Of a DNA stretch of 64,000 nt, positions 12,722 to 27,593 are shown piece after piece. The stretch covers positions 682,001 to 746,000 of the forward strand of contig OZ024766.1 of the NCBI GenBank assembly GCA_964016885.1, in the 5' to 3' direction. Under the pieces are notes generated by a model. The model was not told where the DNA came from, made no database searches, and saw only the letters and a program-made list of their open reading frames with translations. The translations under genes were made by a program, and so were the position numbers. The DNA comes from Eledone cirrhosa. Lineage: Eukaryota. Position 1 is the stretch's first letter, and the number at the start of each line of letters is the position of its first letter.

Positions 12722-13320
12722 ACTCGTTTTCGAGTACGGCCACTACTTTATATCCATGTAGGAGAACCCCTACCGATGCGCTGAACAAGTGTGACTTTTT
12801 AGTCCAGCCAGCGACTTGAAAACTCTGGTACAAACACTACACTTGTGACAATTATTGACACATAGTGCTGGGCCCATGGTACCATGTGACGACAAGTGCA
12901 GAGAGATCTCTAGTTATAAAGCAATGCCTGTGCCGTGAAGCTTTTAGAGTGAGCAAAGGCACTGCACAAAGCCAGTCCCACTCTCTTAACCAAGATGATA
13001 TTTACCAAAAAGAAGAACAAGTCAACATCATTGGATACCATCAGGGTTGCAGCTGTTATATCAGAGTTTTCCTTCTCCTAGAATTCTGCCTTGACAAAGG
13101 CTAAGGGGTCATCTCTCCCGGTGATTTTGGATGGCCATTGACTCTTAAGAGCTCCTTTGCCCTTTGACAGGTTTTGTTTTAAGTCCTGCAGGATGTCCAA
13201 AGTCACCCTCCTCACCAAGAAACCTTAGTGGGGTTGCCAGTTTAGTCGCCAACGACCTGACCATTAGACAGGTTGTACTGGGGTACATGTTACCAGTAGC
13301 ACCAACTGGTGACCTGACAT
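12722..13320 (-). mobile_element. Family N copy 2 (longest 5' end)
   Basis: Near-identical to 11560-12103 and extends to the 5' end ATGTCAGGTCACC. Confidence 0.8.
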
Positions 13321-13628
13321 ACATACATACATACATACATACATACATACATACATACATACATACATACATACATACATACATACATACATACAGCTAT
13401 ATACATGTCCATATATTTGGAGACAGAGGGAGAGAGATATGTATATAATATATGTAAATATATTAGTTAGACAGATTGACAGGTAGATAGATAGTTGGAC
13501 AGATTGATTGTTGTAGTGCATCTGAGCACTGTACACAATAATTTCATTCATTATTAAAAGTACCAGTAATACACTGGGGTAATTGCTGGCCTTGTGCCAA
13601 AAGTAAAAACAATTATTAAAAGTACCAG

Positions 13629-13818
13629 ATGGATTGGCAGTATCGGTAGAGGGTCGGACGTCATGCTCTCTAGCATGGAGTTACGGCCCTTTCCATACTG
13701 AGTTCAAATCCCGCCGAGGTTGACTTTGCCTTTCCTCCTTACGGGGTCGATAAAATAAAGTATCAGTAATACACTGGGGTAATTGCTGGCCTTGTGCCAA
13801 ATATAGAAAGAATTATTA
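13629..13818 (+). mobile_element. SINE family S2, near full length
   Basis: A-box-like TGGCAGTATCGG, B box GAGTTCAAATCC and central GTTGACTTTGCCTTTC..CCTTACGGGGTCGATAAAAT. Other copies lie at 17811-17910 (+), 18809-18930 (-), 21337-21492 (-) and 24232-24410 (-). Confidence 0.8.
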
Positions 13819-14375
13819 CTATAGACAGACAAATAGATAGAGAGAGGGGAGAGAGAGAGAGAGATAGTTAGAGGGAGAGAGAGAGATTGATAGATAGAGA
13901 GAGAGGGGGAGAGAGAGAGATAGTTAGAGGGAGAGAGAGAGATTGATAGATAGAGAGAGAAGGGGAGAGAGATAGTTAGAGAGAGAGGGGGAGATAGATA
14001 GATAGATAGATAGAGAGAGGGGGAGAGAGAGAGAGAGAGAGGAGGGAGAGAGAGATTGATAGATAGAGAGAGAGGGGGAGAGAGAGAGATAGTTAGAGGG
14101 AGAGAGAGAGATTGATAGATAGAGAGAGAGGGGGAGAGAGAGATAGATAGATAGATAGAGAGAGAGAGGGAGGATTGATAGATAGAGAGAGGGATAGATA
14201 GTTAGAGAGAGAGAGAGGGGGAGAGAGAGAGAGAGAGATAGTTAGCAAGAAAGGGGGAGAGAGAGAGATATAGATAGTTAGAGAGAGGGAGGAGAGAGAG
14301 AGAGAGAGAGATTGGGAGACATAGATAGATAGATAGATAGAGAGAGAGAGTGTACGGTTAAACGGTGTAGTCATG

Positions 14376-14407
<32 letters not shown>

Positions 14408-14458
14408 TATACACACAGTGTATTAACAAATGGAAACTATATTTATAAAACCATATTT

Positions 14459-14522
14459 ATTTCATTATACATATTTCAAGGGCCACCAGAGCAAACTATG
14501 GTGCGCTTTCATCAGATAAAAT
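14459..14522 (-). ncRNA. Type I hammerhead ribozyme motif, family H1
   Basis: ATTTTAT-CTGATGA-AAGCGCACCA(TAGTTTGCTC)TGGTGGCCCTT-GAAA-TATGTA-TA^ATGAAAT. Confidence 0.7.
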
Positions 14523-14566
14523 ATAATATGGGTTAGTTGTATCCCAACAAATTAAATATAACCTCT

Positions 14567-14641
<75 letters not shown>

Positions 14642-14735
14642 TATAAATTCAGCGAGAATCGTATTTCGGCTGGTAGAAAAAACGAAACGAAACGCCAAAA
14701 TCGTAGATATGCTGGCATATCTACGATTTTTTTTG

Positions 14736-14830
<95 letters not shown>

Positions 14831-14915
14831 GTGTGTGTGTGTGTGAAAAATAAAATCTATCGAGTACTTTGGTGCGTTATGGTCAACCTGGTAAAAGAGT
14901 ATATATATATATTTA

Positions 14916-14947
<32 letters not shown>

Positions 14948-15062
14948 CGCGTATGTATATATATATATATATACGCGTATGTATATATGTGCGTGTATAT
15001 ATATGCTTATATATATATATATATACGCGTGTGTATATATGTGAGTGTTACATATATATATA

Positions 15063-15125
<63 letters not shown>

Positions 15126-15127
15126 GA

Positions 15128-15168
<41 letters not shown>

Positions 15169-15519
15169 TAGAGCTTTGCTGATGATTTCTTTTGGAAAGA
15201 ACGGAAACAGTTCTAGTCCTGTAGAAGCCATTTCTATATTAAACCTGATACCATACTATATATATATATATATATACGTACACACACACTATATATATAT
15301 ATTTATATATACACACACATATTTATATACATACACATGTGTAAATGTGTATATAAGTCTACATACATAAATACATACATAAATACACAGTATGTACTAT
15401 ATATGTTATACGTCACTAATTAGCGAGGCTAAATTTCCTCGTCTGTCTGTATGTCAGGTATCACGTGGGCACGTCCTGCTCTTAGATATATCTCGTGCGC
15501 TCATTAAATATGTGAAAGC

Positions 15520-15571
<52 letters not shown>

Positions 15572-15595
15572 ACATGTGTGTATATATATATATAT

Positions 15596-16782
15596 GGCAG
15601 GTGCGCTCACCGCTCCTTGTTGTATGTATGTGTGTATGTATATATATTGTATGTATGTATCTATGTATGTATGTATATATTGTATGTATGTATGTGTATA
15701 TATATTGTATGTATGTATATATATTGTATGTATGTATATGTATATATATTGTATGTATGTATGTATATATATTGTATGTATGTATGTGTATATATATTGT
15801 ATGTATCTATGTATGTATGTATATATATTGTATGTATGTATGTGTATATATATTGTATGTATGTATGTATCTATGTATGTATGTATATATATTGTATCTA
15901 TGTGTGTGTATATATATTGTATGTATGTATGTATCTATGTATGTATGTATATATATTGTATGTATGTATGTATCTATGTATGTATGTATATATATTGTAT
16001 GTATGTATGTGTATATATATTGTATGTATGTATGTATGTATATATATTGTATGTATGTATGTGTATATATATTGTATGTATGTATCTATGTATGTATGTA
16101 TATATATTGTATGTATGTATGTGTATATATATTGTATGTATCTATGTATGTATGTGTGTATATATATATATATGGCAGGTGCGCTCACAGCTCCCTATTG
16201 TATGTATGTATGTATGTATGTATGTATGTATGTATGTATGTATGTATGTATGTATGTATGTGTGTGTGTATATATATATATATATGGCAGGTGCGCTCAC
16301 AGCTCCCTAATGTATGTATGTATGTATGTATGTATGTATGTGTGTGTGTGTATATATATATATATATGGCAGGTGCGCTCACAGCTCCCTAATGTATGTA
16401 TGTATGTGTGTATATATATATATATATGGCAGGTGCGCTCACAGCTCCCTAATGTATGTATGTATGTATGTGTGTATGTATGTATGTGTGTATGTATGTA
16501 TGTATGTATGTATGTGTGTATATATATGGCAGGTGCGCTCACAGCTCCCTATTGTATGTATGTATGTATGTATGTATGTATGTATGTGTGTATATATATG
16601 GCAGGTGCGCTCACAGCTCCCTATTGTATGTATGTATGTATGTATGTATGTATGTGTGTAATATATATATATATATTATTCAAAATGTTAACAAATGAAA
16701 AATATTCGCATAATCAAAATATATTAAACCTGATACTATATATATACGTACACACACACACACTATATATATATATATATAT

Positions 16783-16827
<45 letters not shown>

Positions 16828-16852
16828 CAGGTACGCTCACAGCTCGCTATTG
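15596..16852 (+). repeat. ~27-nt motif x8 interspersed with (TATG)n/(TA)n
   Basis: GGCAGGTGCGCTCACAGCTCCCTA(T/A)TG at about 15596, 16173, 16285, 16367, 16427, 16527, 16599 and 16827. Confidence 0.9.
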
Positions 16853-16890
16853 TATGTATGTGTATATATATATATATATAAAAATATATA

Positions 16891-16999
<109 letters not shown>

Positions 17000-17630
17000 T
17001 ATATATATATATATATAAATATATACCATATAAATATAAATATATCAGGGGCGAAGGGTCCGTATATGCAACACATGCAGTGCATGCGTTATAGATTCTT
17101 GAGTTGATCAATTGCGTCGGTCGAAGCAAGCAGATTTTTTTGGCTGCTTACTAAATCGTATAGACACATAAAAAGATAACACACACACACATACACAAAC
17201 ACATACACACACATACACATGCACACAAACACACACACACATACACACAAACACACATACACACATACACAAACACACACACATACACACAAACACACAC
17301 ACACAGACATACACACAAACACACACACACAAACGCACACACACACATACACACAAACACACACATACACACACACAAACGCACACACACATACACACAC
17401 ACACACATACACACAAACACACACATACACACACACACAAGCAGAATTTTGACTGCTTACTAAATCGTAGACACATAAAAAAGATAACACACACACACAC
17501 ACATACACACACTAGATAACACTACATGCATTTAGAGGGAATTGGGATGGGGGGGGGGGGGTAGGCTGCACAGCCCCACTTTCCGCCATGGCGATTGGAC
17601 TACATGCCTTGCTTTCCAGGTTACCCCTTC

Positions 17631-17671
<41 letters not shown>

Positions 17672-18001
17672 TAGCATGGAAGAATGGACCTAAAACGGTG
17701 ATGATGATGATGATGATAAATGAAAAATGGTGTTTTCCTTCATTATCAGCATAGTTTTATGTGTACAAAGATTGCACTAAATATTCGTTTGCATTAATTA
17801 TTGAAGACTTTGAGGTTGACTTTGCCTTTCATCCTTACGGGGTCGATAAAATAAAGTACCAGTAATGCACTGGTAATTGCTGGCCTTGTGCCTAAAGTAG
17901 AAACAATTAATTATTGAAGACTTCTGCTTATTTTGACAGGTTGGGGACAAATAATCTTCTTCTTTTACTTCCTAGCTGTATATTCTTAGCATAATTTCAA
18001 A

Positions 18002-18030
18002 CCCCGAGCAACGCCGGGTAGATCTGCTAG
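18002..18030 (+). mobile_element. Helitron 3' terminus
   Basis: GC-rich hairpin CCCGAGCAACGCCGGG followed 9 nt later by CTAG|T. The 5' end was not located. Confidence 0.6.
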
Positions 18031-18248
18031 TATATAATAAACGAAGAATTAGAAATAGAAGCCAGGACTATCGGTCATCAGTGGTCTACTAGCCATCATA
18101 GGTATTTCTTCGCATTACAGACCCATATACCTCAGGCTAGGGCGATACAATAACTAAATTAAGTTATTCGGATAAAAAGAGTTGGGTGGAGAAAGAGAGA
18201 CAGGTAAACAAACACGAATGGTGAGGCATGCCTGACCTCCTCCTTGAA

Positions 18249-18959
18249 CTCTTTAGTGTTCAAACCGGCCAAAACCAGCCAGAATTCTCTACCTCTTTCT
18301 GTTGAAACTGGCTGTAACCGGTCGCTCAAACTGATGTTAAGGTATTGTTTTCAAATAAATACTTTTAAAATCTCATAGATTCGATATTATGTGAGATATT
18401 ATGTGAGATATTATGTGAGGTAAAGCATTTACTGTGAAAATATAATAGTATCATCATCATCATCATCATTTTACGTCCGCTTTTGCCTGCTTGCAAGGGT
18501 GGGACGGGAACTGATCCTGGCTTGATTTCTACAGCTGGATGCCCTTCCTAACACTAACCTCATTTACAGTGAGTACTGGGTGCCTTTTTTTGCCGTGGCA
18601 CCTCCACGACCACTTTACAGTGGAATGATAGGGACCCCAGTCCCTATCATCTCATTTCTACAGCTGAGTAAACTGGAGCAATGTGAAATAAAGTGTCTTG
18701 CTCAAGGAAACAACACATCACCCGGTCTGAGAATTGAACTCACAACCTTTCGATTGCAAGCCCAATGCTCTAACCACTAAGCCATGTGCCTCCATATATA
18801 TATAGAGTAATTGTTTCTACTTTTGGCACAAGGCCAGCAATTACTCTAGTGCATTACTGGTACTTTATTTTATCGACCCCGTAAGGATGAATGCAAAGTT
18901 AACGTCGGTGGGATTTGGAACTCAGAATGGCATATATGAAATAATGTGAATGCTAAGGG
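18249..18959 (+). mobile_element. piggyBac-type MITE with nested SINEs S1 and S2
   Basis: CTCTTTAG...CTAAGGG|TTAA termini. Body homologous to 5946-6117 and interrupted at about 18451-18930. Confidence 0.6.
18451..18793 (-). mobile_element. SINE S1 copy
   Basis: Near-identical to the reverse complement of 6142-6480. Confidence 0.85.
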
Positions 18960-19070
18960 TTAAGACCTGTATGTACAACTTTTCAAATTGCATTTATTTG
19001 TGCCAATGCTAACTTTGATATGTAAAATTTGGGGGGCAGGGGGAATGCTATGTATTCTATTTTTTGTGTA

Positions 19071-19106
<36 letters not shown>

Positions 19107-19660
19107 ACCCGAGCTGAAGGGCCCAGGGCCACCAAGGTCTAAATACAACCAATACCTTTGTTTTGTTTTCATTTTCATTTTCACTTTTCTCCTATTTCTC
19201 CTCACTTCTTACCTCGAGATTTCCCATCTGCATTGTTGTGGCTTTCTAAACTACATATTTTACACATTTCACAATGCTTCAAGCAAACTTTAACACCCTC
19301 ATATATATATATATATATATAGTATTATATATATATATATGTAGATAAATCTACCAAAAGTTTACGGTAGTGTCCAATCCGTATGAAGAACTCAATGTAA
19401 TCCGGATATCATGAAAAGAGAAGATGCATTCAAAAACTGAAGACAGCATATATATGTGTAGGTATGTATATTCCCTCTCTCTGATAGTTTGTATAAATAT
19501 TGTACATAGATCTATAGAATATGCATACCACCTCTAACACATATATATCCTAGAAACGATCGTAAAATGATGAATTTTTTTAATATAAGGAACTGTTTCT
19601 TTGTTTATTCATTATTTTATTATATAGTATATATATATAGTGTTTTATATTTGGAGCTGT

Positions 19661-20195
19661 GAGGGCACAAGGCTTAGTGGTTAGAGCATCAGGCTTACAA
19701 TAGTGAGGCTGTGAGTTCGATTCTCAGACCGGGTGATGCGCTGTGTCCTTGAGCAAGACACTTTATTTCATGTTGCTCCAGTTTACTCAACTGTAGAAGA
19801 AATGTGTTGTAACATCACTGGTGCCAAGCTGTATCAGCCATTGCCTTTCCTTGGACAACATATATAGTGTATATATAGAGTATATAGTGTATATATATAG
19901 TGTATATATAGTGTATATATATAAAGTATATAGTGTATATATATATATATATAGTGTATATATAAAGAGTATATAGTGTATATATATATATATAGTAAAT
20001 GTTGTAATGTCACTGGTGCCAAGCTGTATCAGCCATTACCTTTCCCTTGGACAACATCAATGGGGTAGAGAAGAGACTGGTATATATGGGGGACTATTGG
20101 TCTTCCACAAACAAACTTTGCCCAGGACTTGTCCCTCAGAGGGGAACTTTCTAGATACAAATCCCTTGGTCTTTCAATGGCCAAAGGGTGGGGAA
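19661..20195 (+). mobile_element. tRNA-headed SINE with an S1-like head/body and a different 3' half
   Basis: GGCTTAGTGGTTAGAGC..GAGTTCGATTC..GTCCTTGAGCAAGACACTT. A ~55-bp segment is duplicated around an internal TA-rich tract. Confidence 0.65.
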
Positions 20196-20209
20196 GATCT
20201 TTACTTTAT

Positions 20210-21281
20210 CCCTTTAGCACTCACATTACTCTATATATACTATTGTATTGTCACAGTAAAGGCTTTACCTCACATAATATCTCACATAACATTTACATTA
20301 CTCTATATATACTATTGTATTTTCACAGTAAAGGCTTTACCTCACATAATATCTCACATAACATTTACATTACTCTATATATACTATTGTATGTTCACAG
20401 TAAAGGCTTTACCTCACATAATATCTCACATAACATTTACATTACTCTATATATACTATTGTATGTTCACAGTAAAGGCTTTACCTCACATAATATCTCA
20501 CATAACATTTACATTACTCTATATATACTATTGTATGTTCACAGTAAAGGCTTTACCTCACATAATATCTCACATAACATTTACATTACTCTATATATAC
20601 TATTGTATGTTCACAGTAAAGGCTTTACCTCACATAATATCTCACATAACATTTACATTACTCTATATATACTATTGTATTGTCACAGTAAAGGCTTTAC
20701 CTCACATAATATCTCACATAACATTTACATTACTCTATATATACTATTGTATGTTCACAGTAAAGGCTTTACCTCACATACTATCTCACATAACATTTAC
20801 ATTACTCTATATATACTATTGTATTTTCACAGTAAAGGCTTTACCTCACATAATACCTCACATAACATCTACATTACTCTATATATACTATTGTATGTTC
20901 ACAGTAAAGGCTTTACCTCACATAATATCTCACATAACATCTACATTACTCTATATATACTATTGTATTGTCACAGTAAAGGCTTTACCTCACATAATAC
21001 CTCACATAACATTTACATTACTCTATATATACTATTGTATTGTCACAGTAAAGGCTTTACCTCACATAATATCTCACATAACATTTACATTACTCTATAT
21101 ATACTATTGTATTGTCACAGTAAAGGCTTTACCTCACATAATATAAAATCTATGAGATTTTGATGTTGTTTATTTTGAGAACAATACCATAACATCAGTA
21201 TGAGTGGCCGGTTATAGCCGGTTTGAACAGAAAGAGGTGAGAGAATTCTAGCTGGATATGACCGGTTTAAGTACTAAAGGG
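20210..21281 (-). mobile_element. piggyBac-type MITE expanded by a 72-bp x~13 internal array
   Basis: TIR CCCTTTAG/CTAAAGGG with TTAT and TTAA flanks. The array spans 20223-21145, and 21146-21281 is homologous to 5946-6080. Confidence 0.75.
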
Positions 21282-21688
21282 TTAATCACAAGGTCAACAA
21301 TTCGGAAGGGGGGAGGGAAAGTGGATAAAAATCTGCCCCAGAGCATTACTGGTACTTTATTTTATCGACCCTGTATGGATGAAAGGCAAAGCTCACCTCG
21401 GTGGGATTTGAACTTAGAACGTAAAGGGCCGAAACCCCATGCCGTGAAACATTGTCCAACGCTCTACAGCTTCCTGCCAATCCATCACCCTTGGACCTCA
21501 GTAATAATACTGTTACTTCTACACAATAAAACACACTTTCTTATATATACACACACACATGTATATATATATGTGTGTGTGTGAGTATATATATATATAT
21601 ATATATGAATGTATAGATGTATATATAAGCATATGACTCTCTCTCTCTCTATATATATATATAGATCTATATATATATAGACATATAC

Positions 21689-21749
<61 letters not shown>

Positions 21750-21844
21750 CATACATATATATATATATATGCTTACATATGTATATTTTTCTTCTTATTA
21801 ATCGTCTCTTTCTCCCTGTTTTCATATATATATTTACATATATA

Positions 21845-21908
<64 letters not shown>

Positions 21909-21944
21909 TATATATATATATGCATATATAAATATATGCATAAA

Positions 21945-22376
21945 AGAAGGGGCACAAAAGAAGGGGACAAATACAAAGGGGGAAGTTTACATTCAATAAA
22001 AACGTGTAAAATATTATCACAAATGCAATTTAAAAATTAATCGACTTTCCCCAATAGGGGGAGACATTACATATGGGTAACACATACCACCGAAAAAAAT
22101 GTGCAACCCTCATCTCCAGGAGTATGAAGAGTTTGTACCCCTTTCCTCTCTTCCTCCTTTTCCTCAACCTACAGGCTGATATAGAGAGAAGGCCCATTCA
22201 CTCGGGACATTCTCGCCACATTCACCCACCTTTCATAAAACTTGCTGGGGTACAGCACCTCTCTCTCCATCCTGACTCTTCTTCCAAAGTGGTATTTGAA
22301 AAAAAAGAATCAGTTGTTGGCCGGAGAGAAAGGTGTCTGACCTCAGCCCTTTCAACCTTGTCCACCATACAACTTA
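21945..22376 (-). mobile_element. Tx1/L1-like LINE 3' fragment
   Basis: Minus strand reads VVWWTRLKG..(frameshift in a T run)..RRVRMEREVLYPSKFYERWVNV..*, followed by a T-rich 3' UTR. Further UTR ends at 22440-22551 (-) and 56706-56800 (+) finish GGCTAATAAAGAAA(TATC)n. Confidence 0.55.
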
Positions 22377-22379
22377 GAG

Positions 22380-22432
<53 letters not shown>

Positions 22433-22564
22433 CATAGAGATATGTTTCTTTATTAGCCACAGGGGCACAAAAGAAGGGGACAAATACAAAGGGGGAAGTT
22501 TACAGACTATAAAAACGTGTAAAATGTTATCACAAATGTAATTAAAAAAATTAGAGAGGTGGAT

Positions 22565-22599
<35 letters not shown>

Positions 22600-22810
22600 T
22601 AGAGAGATAGGTAGATAGAGAGATAGAGAGATAGGTAGATAGAGAGATAGAGAGATAGGTAGATAGAGAGATAGATAGATATGTTTCTTTATTAGCCAGA
22701 AAATAACGATAGATAGATAGAGAGATAGGTAGGTAGGTAGATAGATAGATAGATAGAGAGACAGAGAGAGAGAGAGAGAGATTATATATATGAGAGAGAG
22801 AGAGAGAGAT

Positions 22811-22847
<37 letters not shown>

Positions 22848-22848
22848 T

Positions 22849-22880
<32 letters not shown>

Positions 22881-22886
22881 GGAGAT

Positions 22887-22917
<31 letters not shown>

Positions 22918-23094
22918 TTATATATATATGAGAGAGAGAGAGATGCTCATATGTTAGAGAAAGAAAGAGAGACGACAGACAGAAGGAGACAAAGAGAGAA
23001 AGAGAGAGAGAAAGAGAAAGAGAGAGAGAGAGGCAGGGGGAGACAAAGAGAGAGAGAGAGAGAGAGAGGGAGACAGAGGGAGACAAAGACAGAT

Positions 23095-23171
<77 letters not shown>

Positions 23172-23191
23172 AAGAGAGAGAGAGACAGAGG

Positions 23192-23229
<38 letters not shown>

Positions 23230-23386
23230 AAGAGGAAGTAGGTTTGAAGGGAATAAATTTGGTCGTCTGCTGACATGAAATCATATTTAAAGGTGTTAAC
23301 ATTTTACTACCTGACAATATGTGTGTATATATGTATATATGTATATATATTATATATATATATTTGTATGTATATATTTGTATGTG

Positions 23387-23441
<55 letters not shown>

Positions 23442-23503
23442 GTATATATATATTATATATTATATATATATATATACTATATATATATATATATATTTGT
23501 ATG

Positions 23504-23543
<40 letters not shown>

Positions 23544-24158
23544 GAGGTGACAAATGTGCATACATACGTACATACATACATACGAACATATATACACACA
23601 TGCATACATATATACACACATGCATACGTACATACATACATACGAACATATATACACACATGCATACATATATACACACATGCATACGTACATACATACA
23701 TACGAACATATATACACACATGCGCATACATATATACATACATGCATACATAGATACACACACACATGCATACATATATACATACATGCATACACGCACA
23801 CATGCATACATAGATACACACATACATACATGCATACATACATACATGCATACATGCATACGCATACATACATGCATACATACAGAGATACACACACACA
23901 TACATACACACACACATGCATACATACATACATACATCATAGACACACACACACATACATACATGCGTACATACGTAGATACCCACACATACATACATAC
24001 ATGCATACATACAGAGATACACATACACACACACATACATACATACATACATACATAGATACACACATACATACATCCATGCATACATACTTGCATACAT
24101 GCATATACATACATACGTAAAAACAATGAAGGTGATGGTGTATATATATATATATGTA

Positions 24159-24205
<47 letters not shown>

Positions 24206-24481
24206 TATATATATTATATAATTCTTTCTATAATTGCTAGCACAAGGCCAGCAATTATCCCAGTACATTACTGGTACTTTATTTTATCGACCCCGTAAGG
24301 ATGAAAGGCAAAGTTAACCTCGGCGGGATTTGAACTCAGAATGGCAAGGGCCGTAACTCTATGCGTCAAAGCATGGCGTCCGACCCTCTACCGATTCTGC
24401 CAATCTACCTCCTTTGTATATAATATATGTGAGTGCGTGTGTGTAAATGGATTAAATATACATACTTTTGCATATATATAC

Positions 24482-24526
<45 letters not shown>

Positions 24527-24590
24527 ATAACAATATCGGTTTCAACACACGATTTCAGATAAAGAATCTTGCTAAACAAATTCAGAAACG

Positions 24591-24660
<70 letters not shown>

Positions 24661-24740
24661 TTATATATATATATATAAGTATATATGTATATATATACGT
24701 GTGTAAGTGTCTTTTTGTGTGTGCATATATGTATATATAT

Positions 24741-24825
<85 letters not shown>

Positions 24826-24889
24826 TATATACATACATATATATATGCATATATATATCTATATATATATATATATAAGTATATAAGTA

Positions 24890-24957
<68 letters not shown>

Positions 24958-24993
24958 CACACACATATATATAAATATAGAGAGAGAGCGATA

Positions 24994-25089
<96 letters not shown>

Positions 25090-25108
25090 TATAAAAGGAA
25101 TATTATAT

Positions 25109-25149
<41 letters not shown>

Positions 25150-25357
25150 GAAACATAAATATATATATATATATATACACACATATATATGATATATATA
25201 TATACAAATATATACAAATATATACATACATAGCTGCCCCATACAAGTGAAGGAGTGCATCCGTCGAACGAGCACTACTTTCTCTTTCGCTTCCTCCTCA
25301 CCCTCCTCCTCTTGCTACTACTACACAAACTACTACTTCCGTCTACTACTACTACTG

Positions 25358-25419
<62 letters not shown>

Positions 25420-25656
25420 ATTATTACTACTACTACTACTGCTACAACTGCTACTACTACCACTACTACTACTGCTGCTGTGGCTGCTATTACTACTACT
25501 ACTACTATACTACTACTACTACTACTACTACTACTGCCACTACTACTACTGCTACTACTACCACTACTACCACTACTATACTACTACTACGACTGCTGCT
25601 ACTAATATTACTACTTCCACTACTACTACTACTACTAGTACTATTGCTTCTGCTAT

Positions 25657-25689
<33 letters not shown>

Positions 25690-25697
25690 AATGGTTG

Positions 25698-25737
<40 letters not shown>

Positions 25738-26150
25738 AATGGTTGCTACTACTACTACTACTACTTTCTATTACTGGTGCTACTACTGCAACCACCACCA
25801 CCACGACACCACCACTACACACCACCACCACTCCACCACCACCACCACTACATCACCACTACACACCACCACCACCACCACCACCACCACTACACACCAC
25901 CACCACCACTACACACCACCACCACCACTACCACCACCACCACCACTACCACCACCACTCCACCACCACCACCACCTCTACACACCACCACCACCACTAC
26001 ACCACCACCGCCACCACCACTACACCACAATAACCACCACCACCACCACAACAACATATTTCCAGATATGACAGTATTTTTCGCTGCATCTAAATTTATG
26101 CAAAACACACACACACACATATATATATATACACACACATATATATATAT

Positions 26151-26189
<39 letters not shown>

Positions 26190-26204
26190 TATATATATAT
26201 ACAC

Positions 26205-26235
<31 letters not shown>

Positions 26236-26312
26236 TATATATATATATATATACACATATATATATATATATACACATATATATATATATATACACACAC
26301 ATATATATATAT

Positions 26313-26347
<35 letters not shown>

Positions 26348-26578
26348 CACACACATATATATATATACACACACACACATATATATATATACACACACAC
26401 ACATATATATATATATACACACACACATATATATATATATACATACACACACACATATATACATACATACACACACATATATATATATATATATATACAT
26501 ACACACACACATATATATATATATACACACACACACACATATATACATACATACACACACACATATATATATATATAT

Positions 26579-26609
<31 letters not shown>

Positions 26610-26658
26610 CATACACACCGGCCGGCATTCGTACACACACAGGCACACACAGTGGCAC

Positions 26659-26691
<33 letters not shown>

Positions 26692-26797
26692 CTCCAGCAT
26701 GCACCCACAGTCTCACGCGTTTACGCACTAATACACATGCACACACACACACACACAGCCCGGTGCTATATGTAGAACGGCTGTTGGAAATAGCCAT

Positions 26798-27593
26798 CTA
26801 GAAATAGCAGCCAAATCTCCCTCATATCACACCCTACTGTCTTATGTATATATGGTAGTTAGACCTGCTAGAAATAGCAGCCAAATCTCCCTCATATCAC
26901 ACCCTACTGTCTTATGTATATATGGTAGCTAGACCTGGTAGAAATAGCAGCCAAATCTCCCTCTTATCACACCCTACTGTCTTATGTATATATGGTAGCT
27001 AGACCTGCTAGAAATAGCAGCCAAATCTCCCTCATATCACACCCTACTGTCTTATGTATATATGGTAGTTAGACCTGCTAGAAATAGCAGCCAAATCTCC
27101 CTCATATCACACCCTACTGTCTTATGTATATATGGTAGCTAGACCTGGTAGAAATAGCAGCCAAATCTCCCTCATATCACACCCTACTGTCTTATGTATA
27201 TATGGTAGCTAGACCTGGTAGAAATAGCAGCCAAATCTCCCTCATATCACACCCTACTGTCTTATGTATGTATGGTAGCTAGACCTGGTAGAAATATCAG
27301 CCAAATCTCCCTCATATCACACCCTACAGTCTTATGTATATATGGTAGCTAGACCTGGTAGAAATAGCAGCCAAATCTCCCTCATATCACACCCTACTGT
27401 CTTATGTATGTATGGTAGCTAGATCTGGTAGAAATAGCAGCCAAATCTCCCTCATATCACACCCTACTGTCTTATGTATGTATGGTAGCTAGACCTGGTA
27501 GAAATAGCAGCCAAATCTCCCTCATATCACACCCTACTGTCTTATGTATATATGGTAGTTAGACCTGCTAGAAATAGCAGCCAAATCTCCCTC
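26798..27593. repeat. 70-bp minisatellite family M70, ~11 copies
   Basis: Unit CTAGAAATAGCAGCCAAATCTCCCTCATATCACACCCTACTGTCTTATGTATATATGGTAGCTAGACCTG. Confidence 0.97.

Noticed and set aside
15596-16852. CRISPR-like repeat/spacer appearance
   Set aside because: Spacers are microsatellites of very unequal length, there are no cas genes, and the context is eukaryotic.
19436-19570. CTGAAGA ... GAAACGATCGTA hammerhead-like halves
   Set aside because: About 110 nt apart with no convincing stem I or stem II.
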